64,000 bases of DNA from NCBI GenBank assembly GCA_017502875.1, contig JAFVUF010000001.1:10191-74190 (forward strand). Reading direction: 5' to 3'. The translations under genes and the position numbers were made by a program. This document shows positions 27,975 through 37,901 of the stretch, in pieces. Position 1 is the stretch's first letter, and every line of letters begins with the position of its first letter. Below the pieces are notes generated by a model that was not told where the DNA came from, did not search any database, and saw only the letters and a program-made list of their open reading frames with translations. The stretch is from Clostridia bacterium. GTDB lineage: Bacteria; Bacillota; Clostridia; Oscillospirales; CAG-272.

Positions 27975-29387
27975 TTATTGCCCTTGGGCAGCGGGTGCTT
28001 TATTTGCCCCTCCCGCCTGATTTATCTTTTTGAGCCACTTTCCGCTTCTCAGTCGGAAATAACACCAGACGCATTTAATTATCTGGTCAATTTTCAGGAA
28101 GAAGTATATCCAGAACGGAGGAAGATGAAGAACAAGTCCTGAAAGAGCTCCGAGCGGCACAGAGGCTATCCAAAGAAAAAGAATGTCGCCTATCATAAGG
28201 AACTTGGTGTCGCCACCGGCTCTCAAAACACCTTTCGTAAGGATAGAGCTTACCGATTGGAATATCATGATTATCATTATCGAATACATGAGCTGGTGGG
28301 ATATCTGCTTTGCTTCGGCGGAAACGTCGTAGAAATTTATTACCGGATTTTTTACTAAGAATATGATGCCGGACGCCACAAAACCTATAAAAAAGCCCAT
28401 TATCATAAAGGCGTAGCCCTGCTTTTGAGCTTTTTTGTTGTCGCCCTCGCCCATTGTGTGTCCCGTGATGATTCCGCTTGCGTTTGATACGCCCTGCGTG
28501 AGCACCGAGCTTAACTGCTGAACGACGGTGGTAACGGAGTTAGCCGCGACGAAAGCCTTTCCTATTCTGCCCATTACCATCGCTACGGCATTGTTTCCAA
28601 GCGCGAGCAAGGAGTCGCTTACAAGAACGGGAATGCTTACCCTGATGTATTCTCTTACAAGGTCGGAGCATTTCATAAATACGTCTTTTAAGCGATATTT
28701 CATTCTTTTATCGAAAAAGAAGAAGTACCCGCATATAAACAGGAACTCATAGCCTCTTGCGATAAGAGTTCCGAGCGCCGCGCCCGCTATCTCCATTCTC
28801 GGAGCGCCGAGCTTACCGAAAATAAATATCCAGTTAAAGAAAACGTTTACGCCGAATGCCGTTATAGAGCTGATAAGCGGTATACGCACTTGTCCGACGC
28901 TTCGGAGGATTACGGTACAGGTAAGGGAAAATCCCATAAAGACGTACGTCGGTATAAGCCACTTTAGGTACTGAATTCCGTAATCGATAATTTCGGTGTC
29001 CGAGGTGTATATCCGCATTATAAGGCTTGGAATTAAAACAGTAGCCGCCGTGAACACAAGGCTGAAAACAAGACAGAAGCGAAGCATTATGGTAACCGCT
29101 TTTTTCAGGGAATCGCCGTCCTTCATTCCCCAGAAGCGAGAGGTAAGCACCGAAGCGCCCATTCCTATTCCCATACAGCATATCATAAAGAGGTTGATAA
29201 ACTGACCGGCGAGCGTTGCGGCAGAGAGCTGTGAATCTCCCATGCTGCTCAGCATGACCGTGTCCGCAAGGTTGATAGCGACTGTTATAAGCGATTGCAG
29301 GGATATAGGAATGGCTATTTTAGCCATGTTTGCGTAAAGCTCCTTTAAATTGAGCTTTTGATCTTTTAAGTTTAAACCGTTTGTCAT
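27975..29387 (-). CDS. MATE family efflux transporter
   Basis: 470 aa with 12 predicted TM helices. The N-terminus LKELYANMAKIAIPISLQSLITVAINLADTVMLS is typical of MatE repeats. Confidence 0.88.
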   Translation of the reverse strand: MTNGLNLKDQKLNLKELYANMAKIAIPISLQSLITVAINLADTVMLSSMGDSQLSAATLAGQFINLFMICCMGIGMGASVLTSRFWGMKDGDSLKKAVTIMLRFCLVFSLVFTAATVLIPSLIMRIYTSDTEIIDYGIQYLKWLIPTYVFMGFSLTCTVILRSVGQVRIPLISSITAFGVNVFFNWIFIFGKLGAPRMEIAGAALGTLIARGYEFLFICGYFFFFDKRMKYRLKDVFMKCSDLVREYIRVSIPVLVSDSLLALGNNAVAMVMGRIGKAFVAANSVTTVVQQLSSVLTQGVSNASGIITGHTMGEGDNKKAQKQGYAFMIMGFFIGFVASGIIFLVKNPVINFYDVSAEAKQISHQLMYSIMIIMIFQSVSSILTKGVLRAGGDTKFLMIGDILFLWIASVPLGALSGLVLHLPPFWIYFFLKIDQIIKCVWCYFRLRSGKWLKKINQAGGANKAPAAQGQ

Positions 29388-29397
29388 ACTTAGTAAT

Positions 29398-30843
29398 TTA
29401 CACCTTTAATAGTATAGCCCGTAAAGTCTTGTCGAGCCTGTCAAGCGATGCCGTTTCAAGCTTTTCCTTAGGCGAGTGTATATCTGACATATTAGGACCT
29501 ATCGCTATAATGTCGGGCGCTTTTCCAAGGCTTTCGAGCTTTTCATAAAGAATACCGCATTCAAGCCCCGCGTGGACAGCGTAGAAGGAAGGCTCATGTC
29601 CGTATATTTCAGCGCAAGCCTCGGTATATACGTCCTGCAGCCTGCTTCCGCGCCTGTATTCCCAGCCGGGATACTCACTTACGGTAGAGACAGAGCCGCC
29701 AAGCGCGTGAGAAAGCCTTTTCAGAGCTTGGTCTGTAAGGGTTGCCGCTGTTTTGCTTGCGGAGCGCGCCAGGTGGCAAATACGGAGGAAGCTGCTTTCG
29801 GTCTGTACTATACCAAGATTTACCGATGATAAAACCATATCGGTGTCCGGTATCATTTTCAGTACGCCCTGCGGCGAAAGAATAAGCGCGGAAATGACAG
29901 ACGAGGTGCTTTTCAAGGTCAGCATATCGCAAGCGGTATCGTTTTCGAGCTGCTTAAGCTTAGAAAAACTGACCTTGAATTTTTTTGCGTCCTCTTTATT
30001 GAGTGTTTTACGTATCTGCTTTTCAAAGTCTGATGCCTTTTCCTTGGCGTTTTTTTCGTCGCCGCTTCCGTAGAAGATGACGGTAGCGGAAGCTGAGGCG
30101 GGGATAACGTTGTCCTTGCCGCCGCCAAACAGACTCACAATATGGAACGGATAGTCGCTGTATATGCTGTCAAGCAGGTGAGCGAGGAGCTTTATAGCGC
30201 TTTGACCGCCGTTTGCTATTTCCGTTCCGCTATGACCGCCTTTAAGACCGCCAACGGTTATTTTTACGGCTTTTCCGCATTTACGGGTGCGTTCAAGCGG
30301 TATTTTAGTTTCAAAGCGTTTTCCCGAAGCGCAGCCTATACAGGCGGAGCATTCAGCGCCGTTATCAAGGTTTACCGCAAGCGAGCTTTTAATTTCCGAA
30401 TAGTCAAAGGCAAACGCCCCGTACATACCGGTTTCCTCGCCCGAGGTGAACAAATACTCGGTTTCGGGTGCGATCAAGGCTTCATCGGTCATCAGTGAGA
30501 GCATAGCGGCAACGCCTGCTCCGTCATCTGCGCCGAGGGTGGTTCCGTTTGCAAAAAGAAAGCCTTCCTTTTCGATAAGCTCGATAGAGTCGTTTTCAAA
30601 ATTATGAGTCGATGAGGGCAGCTTTTCGCAAACCATATCGGTATGCGCTGTAAAAAGCACAGTTGGCTTGTCCTGGCGGCATTTTGAAGCGCTTTTTCTT
30701 ACGAATACGTTGTTTTCAGTGTCTCTTACGCAGTAAAGTCCGTGTTCTATCGCGATAGCCTCAATGTAATCCGCAATACCCTTTTCGTTTCCCGAGCCTC
30801 TCGGAATAGAGGAAATTTTCTTAAAAAAATCAAGTGGAGTCAA
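29398..30843 (-). CDS. pepD: Aminoacyl-histidine dipeptidase (PepD, peptidase M20C)
   Basis: [22 protein letters not shown]...FTAHTDMV...[10 protein letters not shown]...[10 protein letters not shown] are the M20 metal ligands. The TTG start overlaps the rnhA stop (TCTTGA). Confidence 0.85.
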   Translation of the reverse strand: MTPLDFFKKISSIPRGSGNEKGIADYIEAIAIEHGLYCVRDTENNVFVRKSASKCRQDKPTVLFTAHTDMVCEKLPSSTHNFENDSIELIEKEGFLFANGTTLGADDGAGVAAMLSLMTDEALIAPETEYLFTSGEETGMYGAFAFDYSEIKSSLAVNLDNGAECSACIGCASGKRFETKIPLERTRKCGKAVKITVGGLKGGHSGTEIANGGQSAIKLLAHLLDSIYSDYPFHIVSLFGGGKDNVIPASASATVIFYGSGDEKNAKEKASDFEKQIRKTLNKEDAKKFKVSFSKLKQLENDTACDMLTLKSTSSVISALILSPQGVLKMIPDTDMVLSSVNLGIVQTESSFLRICHLARSASKTAATLTDQALKRLSHALGGSVSTVSEYPGWEYRRGSRLQDVYTEACAEIYGHEPSFYAVHAGLECGILYEKLESLGKAPDIIAIGPNMSDIHSPKEKLETASLDRLDKTLRAILLKV

Positions 30844-31322
30844 GACGTTTTTCCCTCCTGAAGCTTTTTGTAGTAAGACACAGCGAGAGCGTCGCAGCGC
30901 TCGTTATACGGGTGCCCCGCATGCCCCTTTACCCATACGAACTCTACCTCGTGCTTGTCGAGAAGCATAAGAAGGGTTTCCCAAAGCTCAGGGTTAAGCG
31001 CGGGCTTTCCGTCCGCCTTTCTCCAGCCCTTCGCTTTCCAGCTCTTTGCCCAGCCGAGAGTAATGCCGTCGCTTACGTATTTTGAATCGGTGGTGAGAGT
31101 AACTGAGCAGGGTTCCTTGAGCGCGCTCAGCGCCTCGATAACGGCGGTAAGCTCCATGCGGTTATTGGTGGTCTGATGCTCTCCGCCGCACAGCTCCTTT
31201 TCCCGTCCGTTATATACGAGCACCGCGCCGTAGCCGCCCGGTCCGGGATTTCCGCTGCACGCTCCGTCCGTATATATATCAACGTGTTTCATAGTTTTAT
31301 CATTACCGCTTTCCATAATCAT
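30840..31322 (-). CDS. rnhA: Ribonuclease HI
   Basis: [19 protein letters not shown]...TNNRMEL...TDSKYV...[15 protein letters not shown] are the DEDD catalytic residues. The start is uncertain (ATG 31322, 31316 or 31292). Confidence 0.88.
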   Translation of the reverse strand: MIMESGNDKTMKHVDIYTDGACSGNPGPGGYGAVLVYNGREKELCGGEHQTTNNRMELTAVIEALSALKEPCSVTLTTDSKYVSDGITLGWAKSWKAKGWRKADGKPALNPELWETLLMLLDKHEVEFVWVKGHAGHPYNERCDALAVSYYKKLQEGKTS

Positions 31323-31388
31323 TATTATAATTATACTATATTTTTAAAAAAAATCAATAGCATATTAAAAACTTTAACGGAAGCTTAC

Positions 31389-31417
31389 TTGACACAGCGC
31401 TTAAAAAATAATATAAT
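31389..31417 (+). promoter_or_regulatory. Sigma-A-type promoter for the 31451 gene
   Basis: Consensus TTGACA-17 nt-TATAAT, 33 nt upstream of the ATG. Confidence 0.45.
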
Positions 31418-31450
31418 TAGAATAACACTAATATTTTAGGAGACAGGGCT

Positions 31451-32020
31451 ATGGAATTTTTATGTGAGCATGTGGTTGACAGAAAGAAGCAGGGCGCGTA
31501 CAGGCTGATAAAGCCCGCGATAGCCTCGCTCTGGATAATTATTCCGCTTATTATAATCGGTATCGGCTTTACCGTTGCGGGAGCGTTTGGCGGCGGGGCG
31601 GGTATAGGCTACGCCACCATATTTATAGTTCCGCCTATTACCGCGTTTCTCGCGGGTAAATTCGCGCCAGCCACGATGGCGTTTGGCGAGGTAGCGTATG
31701 AATACACGATTGCATCGGGCGAGATGTCCTTTGCTAAGGTATTCGGCAACCGTTTTCGCCGCGAGTGGTTTTCACTTAAAGTGTCTGATATGGAAAAATG
31801 CGCTCCCCTTACGCCGCATACCGAAAGAGAGCTTGAGGGGATAAGCGTGTCCCGTATATACAGAGCCGTGTCGGGCGATGACGCCCCGAATATTTATTAC
31901 GCCATCTTCACTGACAGTAAGGGTGAGAGATGTCTTATGTATTTTGAGATGATAAAAAAGAGTTTAAGAATGATAAAGACCTATCATCCCGCGACAGTTA
32001 TGAGCAACCTCCCCTTCTAA
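31451..32020 (+). CDS. Hypothetical membrane protein
   Basis: Two Gly-rich TM helices followed by a soluble C-terminal region. I cannot confidently name a family. Confidence 0.55.
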   Translation: MEFLCEHVVDRKKQGAYRLIKPAIASLWIIIPLIIIGIGFTVAGAFGGGAGIGYATIFIVPPITAFLAGKFAPATMAFGEVAYEYTIASGEMSFAKVFGNRFRREWFSLKVSDMEKCAPLTPHTERELEGISVSRIYRAVSGDDAPNIYYAIFTDSKGERCLMYFEMIKKSLRMIKTYHPATVMSNLPF

Positions 32021-32079
32021 AAACATATATTTGACTTCCGCTTCATAAAATTACTTAAAAGATTTTAAGGAGTGGTATT

Positions 32080-32580
32080 ATGAAAAGGCTTGCGTTGATA
32101 TTACTACTTGCGCTTGCGGTTGTTTCGTGCGGAGAGAAAACGGACGGTGATCCGTTTTCGGTATTTTCGGGTGATTTTACGGCAAGGATACTTATGACGT
32201 GCGAGGGGAATCAGTCTGAATACGTCTATCGTAGCGAGGATAAAACGATTTCTTTTTTAAGCCCGACGGAGCTTACGGGTTACGTTATGCGGAGCGAGAA
32301 CGGCGAGGTGCGCCTTTGCTACGGAGATATCAGCGTCGCGCTTTCCGAGTACGAGTCCAGACTTATGCTTGTAAACGAGACGGTTTTCGGTATGAGTCCC
32401 GAAAGCATATCGTCTATAAGCGCGGAGCAGGGTGAGACAGGTACTGTTACGTCTGTCAGAACGCTTGAATGCTCATACCGCTTCGCCTCCGACGGCAAGC
32501 CTATTTTAATCAGCGGTTCAATAGACGGTATCGCCTTTGAGATGGTCTTTTCCGAGTTTTCAGAGGAGGCGCAGGGGTGA
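32080..32580 (+). CDS. Hypothetical lipoprotein
   Basis: Signal peptide with the lipobox VVSC. I recognise no family. Confidence 0.55.
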   Translation: MKRLALILLLALAVVSCGEKTDGDPFSVFSGDFTARILMTCEGNQSEYVYRSEDKTISFLSPTELTGYVMRSENGEVRLCYGDISVALSEYESRLMLVNETVFGMSPESISSISAEQGETGTVTSVRTLECSYRFASDGKPILISGSIDGIAFEMVFSEFSEEAQG

Positions 32581-33629
32581 AGCCTGAGCTGCTTATAAAC
32601 ACCGATAACCTCGTCAAAAACGCTCAGGCGCTTAAAGATACCGTAGGAGATTTTTACTGTGTGCTTAAATGCGACGCATACGGACACGGAGCGACAAGGT
32701 GCGCTTCGGCGCTGCATAGCGCGGGAATGAAACGCTTTGCGGTGTTTTCTCTTGCCGAGGCGCTTGAAATCAAGTCCTTTGTAGGTGATTCTGATATTCT
32801 TATTCTTGGCAGAACTCCGTCAAGGTATGCCTCAGCGCTTAAAGAAAACCGCTTTATCCAGACTGTCTTTTCGGAAGAGTATGCTTCGGAGCTTAAACCG
32901 TTTTCAAACGGATTAAGAGCGCATATAAAGCTTGACAGCGGAATGAACCGCAGCGGCTTTAAAACAGAGCCTGAAATGATTAAAAAGGCGTTTTCAGGAT
33001 TTCGGGGTGAGATTGAGGGTGTGTATACGCATTTCCATAGCGCCGACTGCGACTCACTTGAAGGCGCGGAAAAGCAGCTTGTAAAATTCACAGCATACGC
33101 CACCGAGCTTGAAGTTATCCTTTCGAAAAAACTGACCAAGCACGCCGCCGCCTCCGCGGCGGCGCTCAGAATGAAAAGAGCGCGGCTTGACATCTGCCGT
33201 ATCGGTCTTGCGCTCTACGGCTGCCTTCCCGATAACTGTGAGTCAGCGCGCGAGCTTTTGCCCGTAATGACTCTGAGAGCGCCCGTTATATCTGTAAGAG
33301 AGGTCAAAAAGGGCGAAAACATCGGTTACGGGTGCGATAATAAGGCAAAGAAGTGTATGACTGTGGCAACCGTAGCGGTTGGCTACGCAAACGGACTTCC
33401 AAGGTCTGCTATGCGGCTTTTCCGTCCTGCTATTAACGGGAAACGAGTGGATATCGCAGGGCGTATCTGTATGGACAGATGTATGCTTGACGTAACGGAC
33501 GTAGACGGTGTTAAGCCGTACTGTGAGGTCGAGCTTTTCGGCGCTTCCGTATCAGTTACGGAGCTTGCGGAAGCAGAGGGAACTATCCCTTACGAGACTC
33601 TTACCAGAGTCGGCAAAATGAACAGATGA
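32577..33629 (+). CDS. alr: Alanine racemase
   Basis: PLP-lysine block VLKCDAYGHGA, the catalytic-Tyr block (GYANGLPR) and a C-terminal beta domain. The GTG start overlaps the upstream stop. Confidence 0.85.
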   Translation: MKPELLINTDNLVKNAQALKDTVGDFYCVLKCDAYGHGATRCASALHSAGMKRFAVFSLAEALEIKSFVGDSDILILGRTPSRYASALKENRFIQTVFSEEYASELKPFSNGLRAHIKLDSGMNRSGFKTEPEMIKKAFSGFRGEIEGVYTHFHSADCDSLEGAEKQLVKFTAYATELEVILSKKLTKHAAASAAALRMKRARLDICRIGLALYGCLPDNCESARELLPVMTLRAPVISVREVKKGENIGYGCDNKAKKCMTVATVAVGYANGLPRSAMRLFRPAINGKRVDIAGRICMDRCMLDVTDVDGVKPYCEVELFGASVSVTELAEAEGTIPYETLTRVGKMNR

Positions 33630-33651
33630 GAGAAAGGAGAAGTATAGGGAA

Positions 33652-35856
33652 ATGGCTGATGTTTTTTCAAGGCTTGCGCCGTTTATACAGGAATATATCT
33701 ACCGAAACGGCTGGACAGAGCTTAGGCAGATACAGACTGACGCGGCAAGAGTAATTTTTGAAAGCGACGACAACCTTCTTCTTACTACGCCTACGGCGTC
33801 GGGTAAGACAGAGGCTGCCTTTTTTCCTGTTATCTCCGATTTATATGAAAATCCGTCGGAAAGCTTCGGAGTTCTGTATATCGCGCCGCTTAAAAGTCTT
33901 ATAAACGACCAGTTTTCAAGAATAGAAGCGCTTCTTGACGAGAGCGAAATACCCGTTTACCATTTCCACGGAGACGTAGCGGCGTCGCATAAGACCAAGG
34001 CGATAAATAACCCCAAAGGAATCATTCAGATAACACCCGAATCGCTTGAAAGCATGCTTATCAACCGTTCAAACGATGTTTTCCGACTTTTCTGCGACCT
34101 GCGCTACGTAATAATAGACGAGCTTCACACCCTGACGGGAAGCGACAGAGGCAACCAGATAATCTGTCAGCTTTCGAGAATTGCGAGAATGATAGGCTAC
34201 CACCCAAGACGGATAGGGCTTTCTGCTACTGTTGGGGACGTTTCACTTGCTTGTGATTGGCTGTCTTTGGGAAGCGGGCGAAGGACTACCTGCCCTGACG
34301 TTCCGAGGGACAAGCTTAAATGGAAGCTTGGCTTTGAGCAGTTCTATATTGGCAGCGACGGTATTGCGGCAGAGGGGCAGGAAAACGGCGCTTCGAACGC
34401 GCCCGCAAGCGCTGAAAATCATACCATAGACCCCGGCTACGCCTTTGTTTACGACTGTGTAAAGGACAGAAAATGTATAGTTTTCTCAAATTCCAGAGAG
34501 GAAACCGAGTATGTAACCGCTACGCTCAGGCAGATAGCGGACAAGCGTGGCGAGCCTGACGTTTTTTCCATACACCACGGGAATCTGTCGGCGGCTATCC
34601 GCGAGGGAGCCGAGCTTGACCTTAAAAATGACGAGGTGGTCAATACCACCTGCGCTACCGTAACGCTTGAGCTTGGAATAGATATAGGAAAGCTTGAGAG
34701 GATAGTGCAGATTGAGGCGCCAAACTCGGTGTCGGCTATGCTTCAACGTATCGGACGTTCGGGAAGAAGGGGCGGAGCGCCCGAAATGATGATGGTGTTC
34801 CGTGAGGAAATGCCGCTTCCCGACACGCCGCTTCCGCAGCTTATACCGTGGCAGATACTTCAGGCGGTAGCGGTAGTCCAGCTTTACGCTGAGGAGCGCT
34901 TCATAGAACCCCCGATACGCAAAAAGCTTCCATTCAGCCTTATGTTCCACCAGACGCTCAGCGTTTTGAAGTCGAGCGGTGAGCTTACCCCCGCTAAGCT
35001 TGCGGGTAGAGTTATGGGGCTGCCTCCGTTTGAAGCGGTAAGCAAGGAGAGCTACCGAAAGCTTCTTGTTTCGATGGTATCAAACGATTTCATAGAAAGA
35101 ACGGAAACGGGCGGACTTATAGTAGGTCTCAAGGGCGAAAAAATAACCTCGAGCTTTAAATTCTACGCCGTTTTCAAGGATTCCGAGGATTTTACCGTAA
35201 GGTGCGGCTCGGACGAGATAGGCACGATAACCTCACCGCCTCCGGTGGGAGACAGATTTGCGCTTGCGGGTAGAGTATGGGAGGTTACCGAGCTTGACGT
35301 TAAGGGCAGACTCGTGTTCGTAAACGCGGTAGGCGGCAAGATGGAGATATCGTGGCCGGGCGATTACGGTGAGATACACACTAAAATTCTGAAAAGAATG
35401 AAGCGGATACTGAGCGAGGATACGGTCTATCCGTATCTTAAGCCCGCCGCCGCAAAGCGTATAGCGGAGACACGCGCGCTTGTCAGAAAAACGGGAATGC
35501 TTCAATATCCGATAGTTCATCTCGGCGGTTACAGCTACGCGCTTTTCCCGTGGCTTGGAACAAGGGCGTTCAGAACGTTGCGCAAGACACTGTACGCCTT
35601 TAAGGAACGCTTCAAGCTGAGCGCTATCGACTATGAAAGGTGCTACTATATCACCTTCCGCATGGAAAAGGGAACGCCTGCCGAGCTGTACGGGGCGATA
35701 AAAGCCAAAATCGAGAGCGACAGCTTTAACGTGTACGAGCTTGCCGAGTCGGGAGAAAATCCGATATTTGATAAATACGACGAGTATATACCGAGCGAGC
35801 TGCTTCGCGAAGCGTATGCCGTAGACAGACTTGAAAATAAAATAGAGCTTGAATAA
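33652..35856 (+). CDS. DEAD/DEAH-box ATP-dependent helicase (Lhr-like core)
   Basis: Q-motif/motif I (TPTASGKTEAAFFP), motif II (IIDELH), motif VI (QRIGRSGRR) and a roughly 300-aa C-terminal DEAD-associated region. Confidence 0.8.
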   Translation: MADVFSRLAPFIQEYIYRNGWTELRQIQTDAARVIFESDDNLLLTTPTASGKTEAAFFPVISDLYENPSESFGVLYIAPLKSLINDQFSRIEALLDESEIPVYHFHGDVAASHKTKAINNPKGIIQITPESLESMLINRSNDVFRLFCDLRYVIIDELHTLTGSDRGNQIICQLSRIARMIGYHPRRIGLSATVGDVSLACDWLSLGSGRRTTCPDVPRDKLKWKLGFEQFYIGSDGIAAEGQENGASNAPASAENHTIDPGYAFVYDCVKDRKCIVFSNSREETEYVTATLRQIADKRGEPDVFSIHHGNLSAAIREGAELDLKNDEVVNTTCATVTLELGIDIGKLERIVQIEAPNSVSAMLQRIGRSGRRGGAPEMMMVFREEMPLPDTPLPQLIPWQILQAVAVVQLYAEERFIEPPIRKKLPFSLMFHQTLSVLKSSGELTPAKLAGRVMGLPPFEAVSKESYRKLLVSMVSNDFIERTETGGLIVGLKGEKITSSFKFYAVFKDSEDFTVRCGSDEIGTITSPPPVGDRFALAGRVWEVTELDVKGRLVFVNAVGGKMEISWPGDYGEIHTKILKRMKRILSEDTVYPYLKPAAAKRIAETRALVRKTGMLQYPIVHLGGYSYALFPWLGTRAFRTLRKTLYAFKERFKLSAIDYERCYYITFRMEKGTPAELYGAIKAKIESDSFNVYELAESGENPIFDKYDEYIPSELLREAYAVDRLENKIELE

Positions 35857-35871
35857 ACTGAGGACTTAAAA

Positions 35872-36600
35872 ATGAAATATACCTTCAATGCGACGATAAC
35901 GCCGCATGACCTTGACATAAACAATATTGCCTCCGCCTCCGCTGTGCTGAGGTATATGCAGGAGGCGGCGTACAGACATCTTACGGTTTGTCCACCGACT
36001 ATGGACGAGCTGAGAAAGGAAAACAAGGTGTTCGTAATAAGCCGACTCAGCTTCAGTATCTATGACGAGCTGCGCTTTGACGATAACCTTGAAATATCCA
36101 CGTGGCCGAGCGAGAGCAGGGGAGCGAGCTTCCCAAGGTCAACAAGAGCCACGCGTAACGGACGGATAGTGGCGGAGCTGGTTTCTCAGTGGGCGCTTAT
36201 AGACCCCGTAAACAAAACTCTTTGGAGAGCAAGTGAATATAAGCCAGATTTTGAATACGAGGAGCCTATCGAGCTTGACCTACCCGCGAGAATAAAAATA
36301 CCGCAGGGTATGGAGCTTACGCTTGTAGGCGAGCATACGGTTGAATATCACGACGTTGATATGAATAAGCACTTAAATAACACCAATTATCCCGATATAC
36401 TGTGCGGCTTTTTGCCGACGATGGAGGGAAAACGAGTGGTCAGCATGTCGATAAGCTATCTGCGCGAGGCGCCTCTTTCATCAGTGATAAAGGTTTACTG
36501 CACAAAGGAGGACGACGGAGCCTTTTACCTCCGTACTGTTCTTCCCGACGGTAGCGCTAACGTTGAGTCGCGGATAGTTCTTGAGGATATCAGAGCATGA
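35872..36600 (+). CDS. Acyl-ACP thioesterase family protein
   Basis: Double hotdog layout; the N-terminus (T..DLD.NN.AS.SAVLRYMQEAA) is typical of PF01643. Confidence 0.7.
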   Translation: MKYTFNATITPHDLDINNIASASAVLRYMQEAAYRHLTVCPPTMDELRKENKVFVISRLSFSIYDELRFDDNLEISTWPSESRGASFPRSTRATRNGRIVAELVSQWALIDPVNKTLWRASEYKPDFEYEEPIELDLPARIKIPQGMELTLVGEHTVEYHDVDMNKHLNNTNYPDILCGFLPTMEGKRVVSMSISYLREAPLSSVIKVYCTKEDDGAFYLRTVLPDGSANVESRIVLEDIRA

Positions 36601-37148
36601 GGCGGCAGATAAGGCTTTCCGTTTCGGACGGACTGCTTTTTGGCGCGCTTACGCTTTTGCTTTCCGAACAGGGATATCAGCTTACCGACGATACCTCAGC
36701 TCCGCTTATTACAGATGATTGGCGGCTTTGCTCCGAGGAGGAAAACGCGCTCTACGTAGGTAGGGAGGGTCCGAATGAGGAAACGAGGTATCTTCACAGA
36801 CCGTTTGAGGAGTCGGCGCTTTACGAGGCGGTAAACGGGCTTTTTGAGGACGGGGAAAGCGAGAAGAAAAGCGGAATAAGAATAGATAAGCGCCGTATGG
36901 TCGCTTACGTGGACGGAACGAGGATAGAGCTTACCGACAGAGAGCTTAAGCTGCTCAGCCTGCTAAGTCAGCGCAGAGGAGAGGCGGTAAGCGACGGCGA
37001 GATAGTTGAAAGGGTTTTTGGCGCGGAGATAGCCGAAAACAGCAACGTCGCCGCCGTTTACATTAACTATTTAAGAAAAAAGCTTGACCAAAGACTTGGC
37101 AGAAAAATGCTTTACCGTGTCAGAGGTCAGGGGTATATGCTGAAATAA
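36597..37148 (+). CDS. OmpR/PhoB-type winged-helix DNA-binding protein with a degenerate, shortened receiver-like N-terminus
   Basis: The C-terminal Trans_reg_C domain (IELTDRELKLLSLL...VYINYLRKKLD...LYRVRGQGYML) is clear. The N-terminal region of about 90 aa lacks the DD pair and has RPF in place of KPF. The start overlaps the upstream stop (ATGA). Confidence 0.7.
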   Translation: MRRQIRLSVSDGLLFGALTLLLSEQGYQLTDDTSAPLITDDWRLCSEEENALYVGREGPNEETRYLHRPFEESALYEAVNGLFEDGESEKKSGIRIDKRRMVAYVDGTRIELTDRELKLLSLLSQRRGEAVSDGEIVERVFGAEIAENSNVAAVYINYLRKKLDQRLGRKMLYRVRGQGYMLK

Positions 37149-37166
37149 AGAAAAGGAGCCTTCAAA

Positions 37167-37901
37167 ATGCTTGAAAAAATATATACTATACCCGTAAACG
37201 AGGTGTTTGACCTCTGTATTGAGTATCCGGGAGAGGGCTGTCCGTTCTGCCGTCTTTACAGAAAGCTGGAAAACGACGAGATAGAGATAATTCTGGGCGC
37301 TTCGATGATGGAGCCCGATATCAGAATAAAAACCAACGAGCTTGGCTTCTGCGGAAGGCATTTTGACCTTATGCTTGAAAGAAATAACCGTCTTGGTCTT
37401 GCGCTTATCCTTGAAAGCCACTTAAACGAGGTGAGAGAGTTTTGTGAGCCGGGAGGCTTTCTCGGAGCGAGAACCAACGCCATTCCCGATAAGCTTTCAA
37501 AGCTCGGCTCTACCTGTTACGTCTGCGACAGAATTAACGGCAATTTCTCGAAAATGCTTGAAAACGCCGTATATCTTTACGATACCGAGCAGGAGTTTCG
37601 GGACAAGGTGAAAAACAGCCCGTACTTCTGTCTGCCGCATTACAGCGAGTTTTTAACCTCAGCCAAGGCGCATATGAATAAAAAGCGTGTGCCTGATTTC
37701 CAGAAGGCGCTGGCGGAGACGGTAAACAAATATTTCGACGAGCTTAGAGGAGATGTAAGTCATTTCTGCAAGAAGTTCGATTACAGATACGAAAACGAGC
37801 CTTGGGGAAATTCCAAGGACAGCGTCGAAAGAGCGATAAGATTTTTGTCGGGAGACAGGAGACTTAAGCTTGAAAAGCCGAAAAAGAACGAAAAGCTATG
37901 A
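37167..37901 (+). CDS. Hypothetical Cys-rich protein (two CxxC pairs)
   Basis: CPFC and CYVC pairs plus FCGRHF and FCLPHY elements. There is no signal peptide and no family I can name with confidence. Confidence 0.6.
   Translation: MLEKIYTIPVNEVFDLCIEYPGEGCPFCRLYRKLENDEIEIILGASMMEPDIRIKTNELGFCGRHFDLMLERNNRLGLALILESHLNEVREFCEPGGFLGARTNAIPDKLSKLGSTCYVCDRINGNFSKMLENAVYLYDTEQEFRDKVKNSPYFCLPHYSEFLTSAKAHMNKKRVPDFQKALAETVNKYFDELRGDVSHFCKKFDYRYENEPWGNSKDSVERAIRFLSGDRRLKLEKPKKNEKL

Noticed and set aside
27891-28142. 83-aa plus-strand ORF starting in the repeat array and running antisense into the MATE gene
   Set aside because: It begins inside hairpin repeats, is antisense to a clear 12-TM transporter and has a basic low-complexity translation.
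33652-35856. Large DEAD-box helicase, considered as the core of a defence system
   Set aside because: It is an Lhr-like repair helicase flanked by alr and a thioesterase. It has no nuclease, methyltransferase, ATPase or effector partner and no compositional anomaly.
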